Assembly (NCBI GenBank): GCA_002254285.1
Contig: NIUZ01000001.1
Span: 701-64,700 of the forward strand
DNA: 64,000 bases
Direction: 5' to 3'
Source of the DNA: Bacteroidetes bacterium 4572_112
GTDB taxonomy: Bacteria; Bacteroidota; Bacteroidia; Bacteroidales; UBA1556
In this document: piece by piece, positions 1 to 9,262 of the stretch
How positions within the stretch are numbered: the first letter of the stretch is position 1
Layout of the letters: the number at the start of each line of letters is the position of its first letter
Notes under the pieces: model-generated
Database searches by the model: none
The model's input: only the letters and a program-made list of their open reading frames with translations
What the model was told of the DNA's origin: nothing
Position numbers and translations under genes: made by a program

Positions 1-4
1 TCCA

Positions 5-3000
5 GTGCAGGCTGCCAACGGCAAGTTATATGGCGTTGTTCGTTCAGGAGGAAGTAGTCATAACTATGGTTGCGTTTATTCATATGATCTAGCCACTTCA
101 ACTTATACAAAAATTCATGCCTTTTTGGGCACTTATGCTAGTGTAGGTAAAGATGGAACTCAACCTGTTGGCAACCTTTTGATTGCTGCAGATGGTAATA
201 TATATGGAATTACCAATGGTGGTGGGTATAATGGTCAAGGAACAATATATAAAATTGACCCAACAACTGATACTTATACCAAACTTATAGATATGCGAGT
301 GTCATCATCAGGAGCAAATGCAGGTTATAGTGCTGAGTCTGGCTTAGTGCAGGCCGCTAATGGAAAAATATACGGAACAACTCAAAGTGGAGGTTCTGGC
401 TATTATGGTAATATTTTTGAATATGACCCAGTAACAAATGTTGCAGTTAGTTTACATGAATTTGCAAATGATTCCTTAGGCGTTTATCCATACGGTTCGC
501 TTACACTTGTTGGTACAAATGATTTGTATTGTATAACATATAGGCATAGTACAGCACCAGGTGCATCATGGCCAAATGTTCCTCATTATTATCTTTGGAA
601 ATATTCAATTTCTGGTGGCACAGCTACTGTTGTTGATAGTATTTCTAATGGTAATTTTATTCAAGAAATGGCGATAAATTCTGCAGGTAATATTATGATT
701 ACTGGTCATGATTATGATATTTCTTCAGCATTACGTTTTTGGGAATATAATCCTAATACTAATACGCGTACATTAATTGATACTTCTACAGCTATTACAT
801 TTTCTGAAGGTATAATGCAGGCCTCAAATGGTAAGTATTATGGTGGATTTAGCTATATAAAACCAGGAGATACCTATGCTAATAGTGATGGTACTTTTGT
901 GGAATATGATGCTGCAACGCATACTATAGATCGCAAGTTCAATTTTTCTGATCCAATTAATGGTCTGCAGCCTGAGGGTGATTTATTAATGGCTTCAAAT
1001 GGTAAATTTTATGGAATGACTTCAAAAGGCGGAGCTTATAATAAAGGTGTTGTTTTTGAATTTAATCCATCTAACGATAGTTTTATAAAGAAATTTGATT
1101 TGGATAGCCTATCAGGTTATGAGCCTAAAGGTGGACTTATGGAAGCCTCAAATGGTAAATTATATGGCTTAACATACCGAGGTGGAGATAATAGCTTTGG
1201 TACAATTTTCGAAATTGATACAAATACATGGGCTCTAACAAAGAAAGCCGATTTTTCAAATGCAACAGGGATAAAACCTATGGGCAAAATGGTGGAAGCT
1301 TGGGATGGAAAACTTTATGGATTAACCTCAAATAATGGAGGAACAGTTTTTCAATTCGATATTACTACTTCTATATTAACTAATAAGCATAGTTTTACAT
1401 ATAATGATGGAACTTATCCTCAAGGTAGTTTATCTCTTGCTGATAATGGTAAGTTGTATGGTTTGACAAATTATGATGGCCAGAGCTACTATTCTAAAGG
1501 TACTTTGTTTGAATATGACCCTGCAACAAGTGTATTCACAATGAAAAAAGAAATGCTTAATTATACAGGATATAATTCACAAGGAAATACTCCTTTAATG
1601 GGTTCAGATGGAAAGATGTATTTAGTGGTTTCTAATGGTGGAAATGGTAATAATGAGTATAGTGGTGGAGCCATAGACGAATATATTCCAGGTGCAACTA
1701 CGGTATCTAATAAAGTGAGTTTTTCGGTAAGTAATACAGGCTCAAAACCTATGGGTGATCTTATGGAATCTGCTAACGGAAAAATGTATGGCTATGCATG
1801 GATAGGTGGTGCTAATAATAAAGGAACAATTTACGAATATAATCCTGCAACGGCTATACTAACAAAAAAGGTTGATTTTGACGGAACAAATGGCTCAAAT
1901 CCAATTCATGGATCACTTAAAGAATTTAATTCTGTAGCTATAACCATAAGTCAACAGCCATCTATCAATTCGGTTTGTATGGGCGATACTTCTTATATTA
2001 CAATTGCTGCCTCGCATGCTACATTACTTCATTATCAGTGGTATAAAGGTAGTGATATTATTTATGGAGCTACAAATGATACCTTAACTTTTAATGGAAT
2101 AGCGGCAAGTGATGCAGGAACATATTCTTGTAAAATCACGGGTGGTGCTAAAGCCGTTATGAGTAATAGCTTTACTTTAACTCCTGCAAATAACCCAATA
2201 GTAAGTATCGATAATTTATCAAACGAATACTGTTTGAATGCAGATGATGTAAATATTACAACTACTCCAAGTGGAGGTGTTTTTGCAGGTACTGGTATTA
2301 GCGGAAATGTGTTTTCTGCATCAACGGCAGGTGTAGGTAGTTTTGATGTTTTATACACATATACCAATGCGCAGGCTTGTAGCAATACCGATACTGTTTC
2401 TATTACTGTAAATGCTTTGCCCGATGCAAGCTTTAGTGGTTATGCTAGTACTTATTGTAATAATTATGAAGCGGATACTCTTATTGCTACACAAACAGGA
2501 GGTGCTTTCTCAGGTAATAATGGATTAACGGGTAATATATTTGACCCAACAACTTATCCTAATGGAAATTGGTTATTTATGTATGTGAAGTTTAAATATA
2601 CTATTACTGATGCCAATGCTTGTACAAATGCAGACTCGGTATATGTGAATTTATACCCAACTCCAACAGTTACTATTAGTGGTTTGGATCAAGCATATTG
2701 TCATAATGATGATAACGATACAGCTACAGTTATCCCAACTGGCGGTAGCTTTACAGGAAATATTCTTGCAAATAATATATACAGCCCGGCTACTGTTGGA
2801 GTGGATACTTTAATTTATACCTTTACTAATAGCAATCAATGTACAAATGTGGATACTGCTATTATTACAGTAAACGCTTTGCCTACAGTTAGTATTGATA
2901 ATGTTATTAATGCTTATTGTAATAATGAGGCAGATATGCAGGTGCTAATAACACCAATTGGTGGATTGCTAACAGCAACAAGTGGATTGACAGGAGATAT

Positions 3001-3607
3001 ATTTAGCCCTTCAGGAGCTAATCTTGGTGCAAATTCAATGACTTACTCCTATACAGATGCTAATGCATGTAGCAATTTAGAAACTGTAAATTTTGATGTT
3101 TTTGAAGCTCCTCAAGTAGACTTAGGTTCTGATAAAACTATTTGTATTAATCACGAACTAACTTTGGATGCTGGAGCTGGTGCAGGATATATGTATAACT
3201 GGAGCGATGGCTCAAGTCAGCAAATATTAATTTTAGATGTTCCTGCACTTGGTGTTGGTACTCATGATTTTAGTGTTGAAGTGCAAAATACAAACTGTCA
3301 CGAAAGTGATACTATAGAAGTTACAATAGAAGCTTGTACTTCTATTGCTGACGATAAAAACAGTATTGATGTAAGTATCTATCCAAATCCTAGTACAGGC
3401 AAATTCTATATTTCTACAGAGAACAATTCGATAGAAACTGTGAGTATGAGAGTATATTCTGCAACAGGAAAAATAATATTGGAAAAGAGTTTTGAATCTA
3501 ATTTGGATAATGAATTAGTAGATTTATCTAATCATCCATCAGGAATATATTATTTACAAATTAATAATAGCGATGGCTATATTCAGAAGAAACTTATTGT
3601 TCAATAA
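5..3607 (+). CDS. Large secreted T9SS cargo protein with GloVer-type tandem repeats, one Ig-like domain, several Cys-containing Ig-like modules and a type-A T9SS C-terminal sorting domain. The 5' end is cut by the window edge.
   Basis: The ORF is open to the window start. A repeat motif xNGK(L/F/M)YG.T..GG....G(T/V)(I/V)FE(Y/F)(D/N)P recurs a dozen or more times. It has the Ig signature YQWYKG...DAGTYSC and repeated modules ending C(S/T)N.D(T/S)..I(T)VN(A)LP. The C-terminus IYPNPSTGKFYI...GIYYLQI...KKLIVQ is typical of Por_Secre_tail domains. Confidence 0.8.
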   Translation: MQAANGKLYGVVRSGGSSHNYGCVYSYDLATSTYTKIHAFLGTYASVGKDGTQPVGNLLIAADGNIYGITNGGGYNGQGTIYKIDPTTDTYTKLIDMRVSSSGANAGYSAESGLVQAANGKIYGTTQSGGSGYYGNIFEYDPVTNVAVSLHEFANDSLGVYPYGSLTLVGTNDLYCITYRHSTAPGASWPNVPHYYLWKYSISGGTATVVDSISNGNFIQEMAINSAGNIMITGHDYDISSALRFWEYNPNTNTRTLIDTSTAITFSEGIMQASNGKYYGGFSYIKPGDTYANSDGTFVEYDAATHTIDRKFNFSDPINGLQPEGDLLMASNGKFYGMTSKGGAYNKGVVFEFNPSNDSFIKKFDLDSLSGYEPKGGLMEASNGKLYGLTYRGGDNSFGTIFEIDTNTWALTKKADFSNATGIKPMGKMVEAWDGKLYGLTSNNGGTVFQFDITTSILTNKHSFTYNDGTYPQGSLSLADNGKLYGLTNYDGQSYYSKGTLFEYDPATSVFTMKKEMLNYTGYNSQGNTPLMGSDGKMYLVVSNGGNGNNEYSGGAIDEYIPGATTVSNKVSFSVSNTGSKPMGDLMESANGKMYGYAWIGGANNKGTIYEYNPATAILTKKVDFDGTNGSNPIHGSLKEFNSVAITISQQPSINSVCMGDTSYITIAASHATLLHYQWYKGSDIIYGATNDTLTFNGIAASDAGTYSCKITGGAKAVMSNSFTLTPANNPIVSIDNLSNEYCLNADDVNITTTPSGGVFAGTGISGNVFSASTAGVGSFDVLYTYTNAQACSNTDTVSITVNALPDASFSGYASTYCNNYEADTLIATQTGGAFSGNNGLTGNIFDPTTYPNGNWLFMYVKFKYTITDANACTNADSVYVNLYPTPTVTISGLDQAYCHNDDNDTATVIPTGGSFTGNILANNIYSPATVGVDTLIYTFTNSNQCTNVDTAIITVNALPTVSIDNVINAYCNNEADMQVLITPIGGLLTATSGLTGDIFSPSGANLGANSMTYSYTDANACSNLETVNFDVFEAPQVDLGSDKTICINHELTLDAGAGAGYMYNWSDGSSQQILILDVPALGVGTHDFSVEVQNTNCHESDTIEVTIEACTSIADDKNSIDVSIYPNPSTGKFYISTENNSIETVSMRVYSATGKIILEKSFESNLDNELVDLSNHPSGIYYLQINNSDGYIQKKLIVQ

Positions 3608-3626
3608 TAGTGAATATATAATATAT

Positions 3627-3659
3627 AAAAGGTCAGCATAAATAATGCTGACCTTTTTC
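3627..3659 (+). terminator. Rho-independent terminator after the GloVer-repeat gene
   Basis: Hairpin ggtcagca / tgctgacc (8 bp stem, 7 nt loop) flanked by an A-run and followed by a T-run, 20 nt after the stop codon. Confidence 0.75.
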
Positions 3660-3746
3660 TATTTAAGGCGTTTATTATTATGAAAATCAGCTATTTTGTA
3701 AAAATAAATTATTATATTTGCAATATCACAGTGTAATAAAACTCTT

Positions 3747-5594
3747 ATGAGGTTAATTCTTTCTATTCTATTCATCATATTATACATACCATCGGTGTTC
3801 TCATACAATCAGGTTCATATGTTGAATATAGATGTGCCAAATTCAACCACTGATTTAAATACATACACCTATGTTTATAGTACTTTAGATACTAATAGTG
3901 ATTTGAAATCTGTATTGGATGAAGAATTTGAATACAAGCCATCAGGACTAAATGTTGGTGTAAATAGCGAAATACATTGGATTAAATACACAATTAATAA
4001 TCAGAAAGAGCAGAACGAAAAATTATATATTAATTTTCCCTATAATCATATAAATAAGATTATAGTTTATGCTGTGCGCGATGGAAAAATAATCCGAAAG
4101 TCACGAGTGGGAACCTACTTCTCGCACTTTAGTAAAGACTTTGTTTGTAGGAATAATGTTATAGAAATAAATTCACAAGAAGGACTTACTGAATATTATA
4201 TTTATATAAATCATTTATATATGCCATTGCGTGCAGTTTCTTTTCTGCTCACCGAAACTGAAATGATAAAAAAAATAGCAGAAATTAATGCGCATATATG
4301 GTTTTGGAAGGGGATATTTGTATTTGCTTTGGTACTAACTCTAGTTTTATATATTTTAACGAAGGTAAAATCATTTCTTTATTACTTCCTGTTAAACCTT
4401 AGTACAGCCATGTTTTTTTTGATGGAAATTGGGGATTTTGTACTGCTTTTTGATAGAGATATTAATGGAATAATAATTGAAATTAAACATCTTGGAAATT
4501 GGTTAATTCTAATATTTTCACCATTATTTGTAAACTCTCTTTACCCCATAAAGAAAATGCGACCGAAGGTGTGGAAGACAATGTTTTCATTGGTATTAGT
4601 AATACCTTTTTTATGGACATTGGGCTTATTCCCTTACTTCAAAGATTCAATGTTCTTTTATTACAGTACTTATTATTTAATATTAGTTTCACTAGTAGTA
4701 TTTCTGTTAATGATATATTTTACATTGGTAGCATACCGTAATGGGCATAAATCAGCAATATTTTTATTTATAGCATATTTAATTTATGTGACAACGGCTA
4801 TCCTTAATATTATACTTCCTAATTTAGGTTTAAAGGAAAGTACTATGGATGTTTATGAGGTGTTTATTTATGGCTCACTCTTCGAAATATTTGTTTTTAT
4901 GGCACTTATGACAATTTCAACTTATGAAGTTTATTCACAAAAGATTAAGCTTGAAAAAGAACAGCGAAAGAATAAGCAAGATATGTTGGCTGCGGTTGTA
5001 AAAGGTCAGGAATTTGAAAGAAATAGAGTAGGAATTGAGCTTCATGACCTTGTTGGAGCAAATATATCTGCCATAAACCTTAAAGTAAATAGCGATGATA
5101 AAGAGTTGAAATCCATAATATCATCCACTATTGCAATTGTTCGTAATTTGAGCCATGGACTTGTAACGCCTTCAATTAAAGGAAACAGATTCTGTGATGA
5201 GGTAGTGGATTTATGCCTAGTTTTTTCAAATGATAAACTAAAAGCTGATGCCTCATTCTTTAATTGGAAAGGTCTTAAAAATCCCGAAAATATGACTCAT
5301 TTGTATAGGATTGTACAGGAGTTATTAAATAATGCGGTTAAACATAGTCAAGCAACAAGTGTAAACCTTCAGTTTGTTGTTAATGAACATGATGTAATGT
5401 CTGTTTTTTATGAAGATAATGGAATCGGCTTTAACTTACAGAAAGCTCTTAAGCAGGGTGGTATAGGTCTGCTAAATATTAATAATAGAATTGAATTGAT
5501 TGGTGCCGATATTACCTATGAAACAAATGAAGGTAGTGAGGGTACTACGGTTGTAATAGTTATACCTAATAAATTACAAACCTCTAGTTATTAG
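3747..5594 (+). CDS. 7TMR-DISM family sensor histidine kinase with a HisKA_3 / NarL-type dimerisation domain and HATPase_c
   Basis: Signal peptide, an extracellular domain, then about 7 hydrophobic helices. H-box ERNRVGIELHDLVGANISA. N-box LYRIVQELLNNAVKHS and G-box DNGIGF...GGIGLLNI. Confidence 0.8.
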   Translation: MRLILSILFIILYIPSVFSYNQVHMLNIDVPNSTTDLNTYTYVYSTLDTNSDLKSVLDEEFEYKPSGLNVGVNSEIHWIKYTINNQKEQNEKLYINFPYNHINKIIVYAVRDGKIIRKSRVGTYFSHFSKDFVCRNNVIEINSQEGLTEYYIYINHLYMPLRAVSFLLTETEMIKKIAEINAHIWFWKGIFVFALVLTLVLYILTKVKSFLYYFLLNLSTAMFFLMEIGDFVLLFDRDINGIIIEIKHLGNWLILIFSPLFVNSLYPIKKMRPKVWKTMFSLVLVIPFLWTLGLFPYFKDSMFFYYSTYYLILVSLVVFLLMIYFTLVAYRNGHKSAIFLFIAYLIYVTTAILNIILPNLGLKESTMDVYEVFIYGSLFEIFVFMALMTISTYEVYSQKIKLEKEQRKNKQDMLAAVVKGQEFERNRVGIELHDLVGANISAINLKVNSDDKELKSIISSTIAIVRNLSHGLVTPSIKGNRFCDEVVDLCLVFSNDKLKADASFFNWKGLKNPENMTHLYRIVQELLNNAVKHSQATSVNLQFVVNEHDVMSVFYEDNGIGFNLQKALKQGGIGLLNINNRIELIGADITYETNEGSEGTTVVIVIPNKLQTSSY

Positions 5595-5693
5595 AGGTAT
5601 TAAATCCTAAGTAGTAATTTCCTCTTTTGTAAATGATATTTCATCAAATAAAAACCCACTAATCTCATATAATAATTATTAGTTTATCATTTT

Positions 5694-5715
5694 ATAATGC
5701 ACATATGTGCATTAT
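5694..5715. promoter_or_regulatory. Perfect 22-bp palindrome, a candidate operator of the DUF134 operon
   Basis: ATAATGCACAT|ATGTGCATTAT is self-complementary over all 22 nt. It overlaps the -7 box at 5713-5720 and lies 23 nt upstream of the ATG at 5738. Confidence 0.5.
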
Positions 5716-5720
5716 CTTTG
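5713..5720 (+). promoter_or_regulatory. Bacteroidota sigma-A -7 box (TAnnTTTG)
   Basis: TATCTTTG lies 18 nt upstream of the DUF134 start codon and matches the Bacteroidetes -7 consensus TAnnTTTG. Confidence 0.5.
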
Positions 5721-5737
5721 CTGCCTAATAATTATAT

Positions 5738-6178
5738 ATGGCACGTCCTAAAAACAATAGAAGAGTACATACTCCACCATTATATAGTGGCTTTAAACCT
5801 GTTGGTGTAAAGCGAGGAAGTTTGCAAACCGTAAACCTTTCGTTAGACGAATACGAAGCTATTCGTTTGGCCGATAAATTAGGTTTGTCGCATTTGCGAG
5901 CATCCCAAGAGATGAGTATATCTCGTTCTACTTTTTCGCGATTGATAGAAAATGCAAGAAAAAAAGTGTCTGATTTTATCATCTCAGGTAAATTTTTGCA
6001 AATAGAAGGAGGTAATATACACTTTGAAAATAACTTTATAAAGTGTGCTCATTGCAACTACTTATTTAAGGTGTCAATATCGGCATCGGTATTGAATTGT
6101 CCCAAATGTGGCTCCAATGATATAAATAGTATTGCAGGTGAATATGGACATGGACAGTGTTGTACAACGGATGTTTAA
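5738..6178 (+). CDS. DUF134 / UPF0251 family predicted DNA-binding protein with an extra C-terminal zinc ribbon
   Basis: N-terminus MARPKNNRRV..PP....FKPVGV.......V.L..DEYEAIRLAD..GLSH..A...M.ISRSTFSRLIENARKKV is the DUF134 signature (sigma-70 region-4-like HTH). The C-terminus has CAHC...CPKC. Confidence 0.8.
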   Translation: MARPKNNRRVHTPPLYSGFKPVGVKRGSLQTVNLSLDEYEAIRLADKLGLSHLRASQEMSISRSTFSRLIENARKKVSDFIISGKFLQIEGGNIHFENNFIKCAHCNYLFKVSISASVLNCPKCGSNDINSIAGEYGHGQCCTTDV

Positions 6179-6196
6179 TTTGTTAATGATAATAAT

Positions 6197-7048
6197 ATGA
6201 AAATTGCAATAGCAAGTGGTAAAGGTGGGACAGGTAAAACAACTCTGTCAACAAATCTAGCTTCATTTTTGGCAGAAAGCAATAATGTTGTTTTAACTGA
6301 TTTGGATGTGGAAGAGCCAAACTCTGGCTTATTTCTGAAATCAGAATTGCTGCATCAAGAGGATAAACACAAAATGATTCCGGTATGGGATAGCACGGCT
6401 TGTACACTTTGTGGAAACTGTCAGCAGGTATGTAATTACCATGCTGTTTTGCGTATTTTGGATGACATTATGGTCTTTCCAGAGCTATGTCACTCATGTT
6501 ATGCTTGCTCCGAATTATGCCCTACAAACTCGCTTCCTATGCAAGCAAAGAAAATGGGTGAGCTAAGGCATTTCAAAACTCCTAAATTTGACTTTATAGA
6601 AAGCCGACTTATCATAGGTGAGGAACAAGCAGTGCCACTAATAAAGCAAACTCTTGATTATATTGATACTAATTTCACTGATGATTATATAAAAATATTT
6701 GACTCACCACCGGGTACTTCTTGCCCAGTGATAGAGGCTACAAAAGATGCTGATTTGGTAATTCTTATTACTGAGCCAACACCATTTGGTTTCAATGATT
6801 TGAAGTTAGCAATTGATACAATGTATGAGCTTAAAAAGAGCTTTGCAGTAGTAATTAATAGGTATGGAATAGGTAATAAAGATGTGGATAATTATTGTGA
6901 TAAAAAAAATATTCCAATAATTGCCAGAATCCCTAATGATAGAAAAATTGCTGAATTATATTCCAATGGCGAATTGCTATATGATAAAATTGTGGAAGTT
7001 AAGCAGCAGTTAGAGTCTGTAAGTAATTATATAAATACTTTAAAATAA
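6197..7048 (+). CDS. MinD/ParA-superfamily P-loop ATPase with an inserted 2x[4Fe-4S] ferredoxin domain
   Basis: Deviant Walker A SGKGGTGKTT. Two cluster motifs, CTLCGNCQQVC and CHSCYACSELCP. Walker B-like region DSPPGTSCPV. Confidence 0.8.
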   Translation: MKIAIASGKGGTGKTTLSTNLASFLAESNNVVLTDLDVEEPNSGLFLKSELLHQEDKHKMIPVWDSTACTLCGNCQQVCNYHAVLRILDDIMVFPELCHSCYACSELCPTNSLPMQAKKMGELRHFKTPKFDFIESRLIIGEEQAVPLIKQTLDYIDTNFTDDYIKIFDSPPGTSCPVIEATKDADLVILITEPTPFGFNDLKLAIDTMYELKKSFAVVINRYGIGNKDVDNYCDKKNIPIIARIPNDRKIAELYSNGELLYDKIVEVKQQLESVSNYINTLK

Positions 7049-7055
7049 GAATGAT

Positions 7056-7928
7056 ATGCGCGAAATAGTTGTAATATCAGGAAAAGGAGGAACAGGAAAA
7101 ACCTCTATAACAGCATCCTTAGCAGTACTAGCTGGCGAAGATGTGGTGGTTGCCGATTGCGATGTGGATGCAGCAGATATGCATATTCTTCTACAGCCTA
7201 AGAATAGTGTTTCTGAGGATTTTTATAGCGGAGAGCTTGCTGTAATAAATCAAGATATATGTACGCAATGTGGTGCTTGCTTTGATGTTTGCCGCTTTGA
7301 TGCCATTGATGTAAATGATGGTGTACATATAGTGGATGAATTATCGTGTGAGGGTTGTGGCTATTGTGCACGAGTTTGCCCTGTTGATGCGATTACTAAT
7401 ATCCCCTTAAATGTGGGCAAATGGCATATTGCAAAAACTCGTTTCAATCAGCATTTTGTACATGCCAAGCTTGGTATTGGTGCCGATAATTCGGGCAAAC
7501 TTGTGGCTCAGGTAAAGAATGTTGCCAAAGAAATAGCCATAAAAGAGAATAAGCAGTTTGTGCTTGTGGATGGTTCGCCAGGAGTTGGCTGCCCAGTAGT
7601 TTCATCGCTATCAGGAGCTAATTTTGTGGTTCTAGTTACCGAGCCTACTGTTTCGGGCTTGCACGACTTAAAACGAGTTTTTGAGTTGGTAAATAAGTTT
7701 CATATAAAGGCAGGTTGCATAATTAATAAGGCCGATTTAAACCTCGATAAAGCCAATGAGATAATCAAGTTTCTAAAGGATGAAAATATAGTGCATTTAG
7801 CAAATATCCCTTATGACGAAAGCTTTACCGAAGCAATGACAGAGTGTAAAACCATAGTAGAAATTGAAAATAGTAAAATAAAGCATCTAATTAATGATGC
7901 TTGGCAATTAATAAATAAAAACATATAA
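7056..7928 (+). CDS. MinD/ParA-superfamily P-loop ATPase with an inserted 2x[4Fe-4S] ferredoxin domain (paralog of the preceding gene)
   Basis: SGKGGTGKTS Walker A, CTQCGACFDVC and CEGCGYCARVCP motifs, DGSPGVGCPV. Starts 7 nt after the upstream stop. Confidence 0.8.
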   Translation: MREIVVISGKGGTGKTSITASLAVLAGEDVVVADCDVDAADMHILLQPKNSVSEDFYSGELAVINQDICTQCGACFDVCRFDAIDVNDGVHIVDELSCEGCGYCARVCPVDAITNIPLNVGKWHIAKTRFNQHFVHAKLGIGADNSGKLVAQVKNVAKEIAIKENKQFVLVDGSPGVGCPVVSSLSGANFVVLVTEPTVSGLHDLKRVFELVNKFHIKAGCIINKADLNLDKANEIIKFLKDENIVHLANIPYDESFTEAMTECKTIVEIENSKIKHLINDAWQLINKNI

Positions 7929-7940
7929 AAATAAATAGAT

Positions 7941-8327
7941 ATGAGTAATAAAAAAGTAGCTGTGCCAACATTAAATGGCATGTTAAGCGCGCATTTTGGC
8001 GGAAGTGAATATTTCACAATTTACGATGTAGTTGATAATAAGATTGTAGATACAGCAATATTGCCTGTTCCTGAGCATACCACAGGTTCGTATCCTAATT
8101 TTCTGGCAACGCAAAATATTACTGAAATTATAGTAGGTGGTATTGGCGGGAAGGCTATTACGATTTTCAATAATTTTGGAATTAATGTATTCCTTGGAGC
8201 CAATGTTAAAGATACTAAGCAATTGGTGGAAGAGCTGCTAGAGGGCAAATTGCAGCTAACAGGTAATTCATGCAATCACGAAGGTGATGGTCCTGAAAGC
8301 CATGGTGATCATAATCATCATCATTAA
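7941..8327 (+). CDS. NifX/NifB-C-terminal-like (Nitro_FeMo-Co fold) small protein with a His-rich tail
   Basis: KVAVPT..G.LS.HFG.SEYFTIYDV pattern, GIGGKA motif, and C-terminal HEGDGPESHGDHNHHH. Confidence 0.7.
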   Translation: MSNKKVAVPTLNGMLSAHFGGSEYFTIYDVVDNKIVDTAILPVPEHTTGSYPNFLATQNITEIIVGGIGGKAITIFNNFGINVFLGANVKDTKQLVEELLEGKLQLTGNSCNHEGDGPESHGDHNHHH

Positions 8328-8354
8328 TTTATTGAAAAATAAAAACACAAAATT

Positions 8355-8747
8355 ATGCTTACTGAAGAGATAATAAGTTTTTTTAATTCGGTGTCAATTA
8401 TGGCTTTGGGTACTGCTGATAGCAAAGGGACCCCAAATGTATCGGCAATAGCATCAAAAAAAATTATTGATGCCAATACAATCTTGACGATAGATACTTT
8501 TCATAATAAAACCATTGAAAATATTCTAGAGAATGATAAAGTTAGCTTGGCTATGTGGCGCGATTCTGAAGGCTACCAAATAAAAGGAAAGGCTAAATAT
8601 CATACCGAAGGTGATTTCTTTGAAAAAGCTAAAGAGTGGATTTTAGAATTAAAACCTAAGAAAATTGTAAAAGGTGTTTTGGAGATAAGCATTACAGATA
8701 TTTATTACCTAACACCAAATTATGAATTGGCAGGAAAAAGTATTTGA
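8355..8747 (+). CDS. Pyridoxamine 5'-phosphate oxidase-like (split-barrel FMN-binding) family protein
   Basis: 130 aa. The pattern L.eEi..F......MALGTADSKGTPNVS......I.D.NTIL....F..KT.ENI..N.KVSLA is typical of the Pyridox_ox_2-type split barrel. Confidence 0.55.
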   Translation: MLTEEIISFFNSVSIMALGTADSKGTPNVSAIASKKIIDANTILTIDTFHNKTIENILENDKVSLAMWRDSEGYQIKGKAKYHTEGDFFEKAKEWILELKPKKIVKGVLEISITDIYYLTPNYELAGKSI

Positions 8748-8825
8748 AACAAATAAAACATTAAACACGTGACTACACCTGCCTTTCGGCAGATAGGTAT
8801 CACCAAATTAATAAATTTTAAACTT

Positions 8826-9164
8826 ATGAAAATAGTATTTACAACACAAGGCACCGAATGGGATTCTAAAATGGATGCCCGATTTGGTAGAGCAAAATAT
8901 TTTCTTATTTATGATGAGGAAACTGAGCAATTGACAACAATGGATAATTCTGATGTGGAAAAAGAAGCCCACGGAGCAGGACCTAAAGCAGCTCAAAAAA
9001 TGGCTGAGGCAAAGGTTAATATTCTTATCACAGGAAATGGTCCTGGTGGTAATGCTGCTACTGTTTTGCAGCGCCTAGGTGTAAAATCATACATTGGTGC
9101 TGCAGATTATTCTGTTAAAGAGGCTTACGAAGCTTTTAACACAGGTAAACTTAAGGAATTCTAA
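8826..9164 (+). CDS. NifX/NifB-C-terminal-like (Nitro_FeMo-Co fold) small protein, second copy
   Basis: MKIVFTTQG......DARFGRAKYFLIYD...E, then GAGPKAAQ and ILITGNGPGGNA. The ORF track begins at a GTG (8769), but the ATG at 8826 gives the family-typical MKI N-terminus. Confidence 0.7.
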   Translation: MKIVFTTQGTEWDSKMDARFGRAKYFLIYDEETEQLTTMDNSDVEKEAHGAGPKAAQKMAEAKVNILITGNGPGGNAATVLQRLGVKSYIGAADYSVKEAYEAFNTGKLKEF

Positions 9165-9262
9165 TTTATCAATAGAATCTCAAAACACATAATATCCTCC
9201 AAAGTATTGGCTTTGGAGGATAGCTTACAACAAAAAATCACAAATCACATAAAACAATACCT

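Noticed and set aside
4268-4420. A8 and T8 homopolymer tracts inside the histidine kinase coding region as slipped-strand switches
   Set aside because: Such tracts are common by chance in a genome this AT-rich. The reading frame is intact here, and nothing suggests variability.
4499-4741. 80-aa same-strand out-of-frame ORF inside the histidine kinase gene
   Set aside because: It overlaps the TM region of the kinase in another frame, with no supporting features.
8769-8825. GTG-initiated N-terminal extension of the second NifX-like gene
   Set aside because: The extension (VTTPAFRQIGITKLINFKL) is not family-like. The ATG at 8826 gives the canonical MKI... start and leaves a normal spacer.
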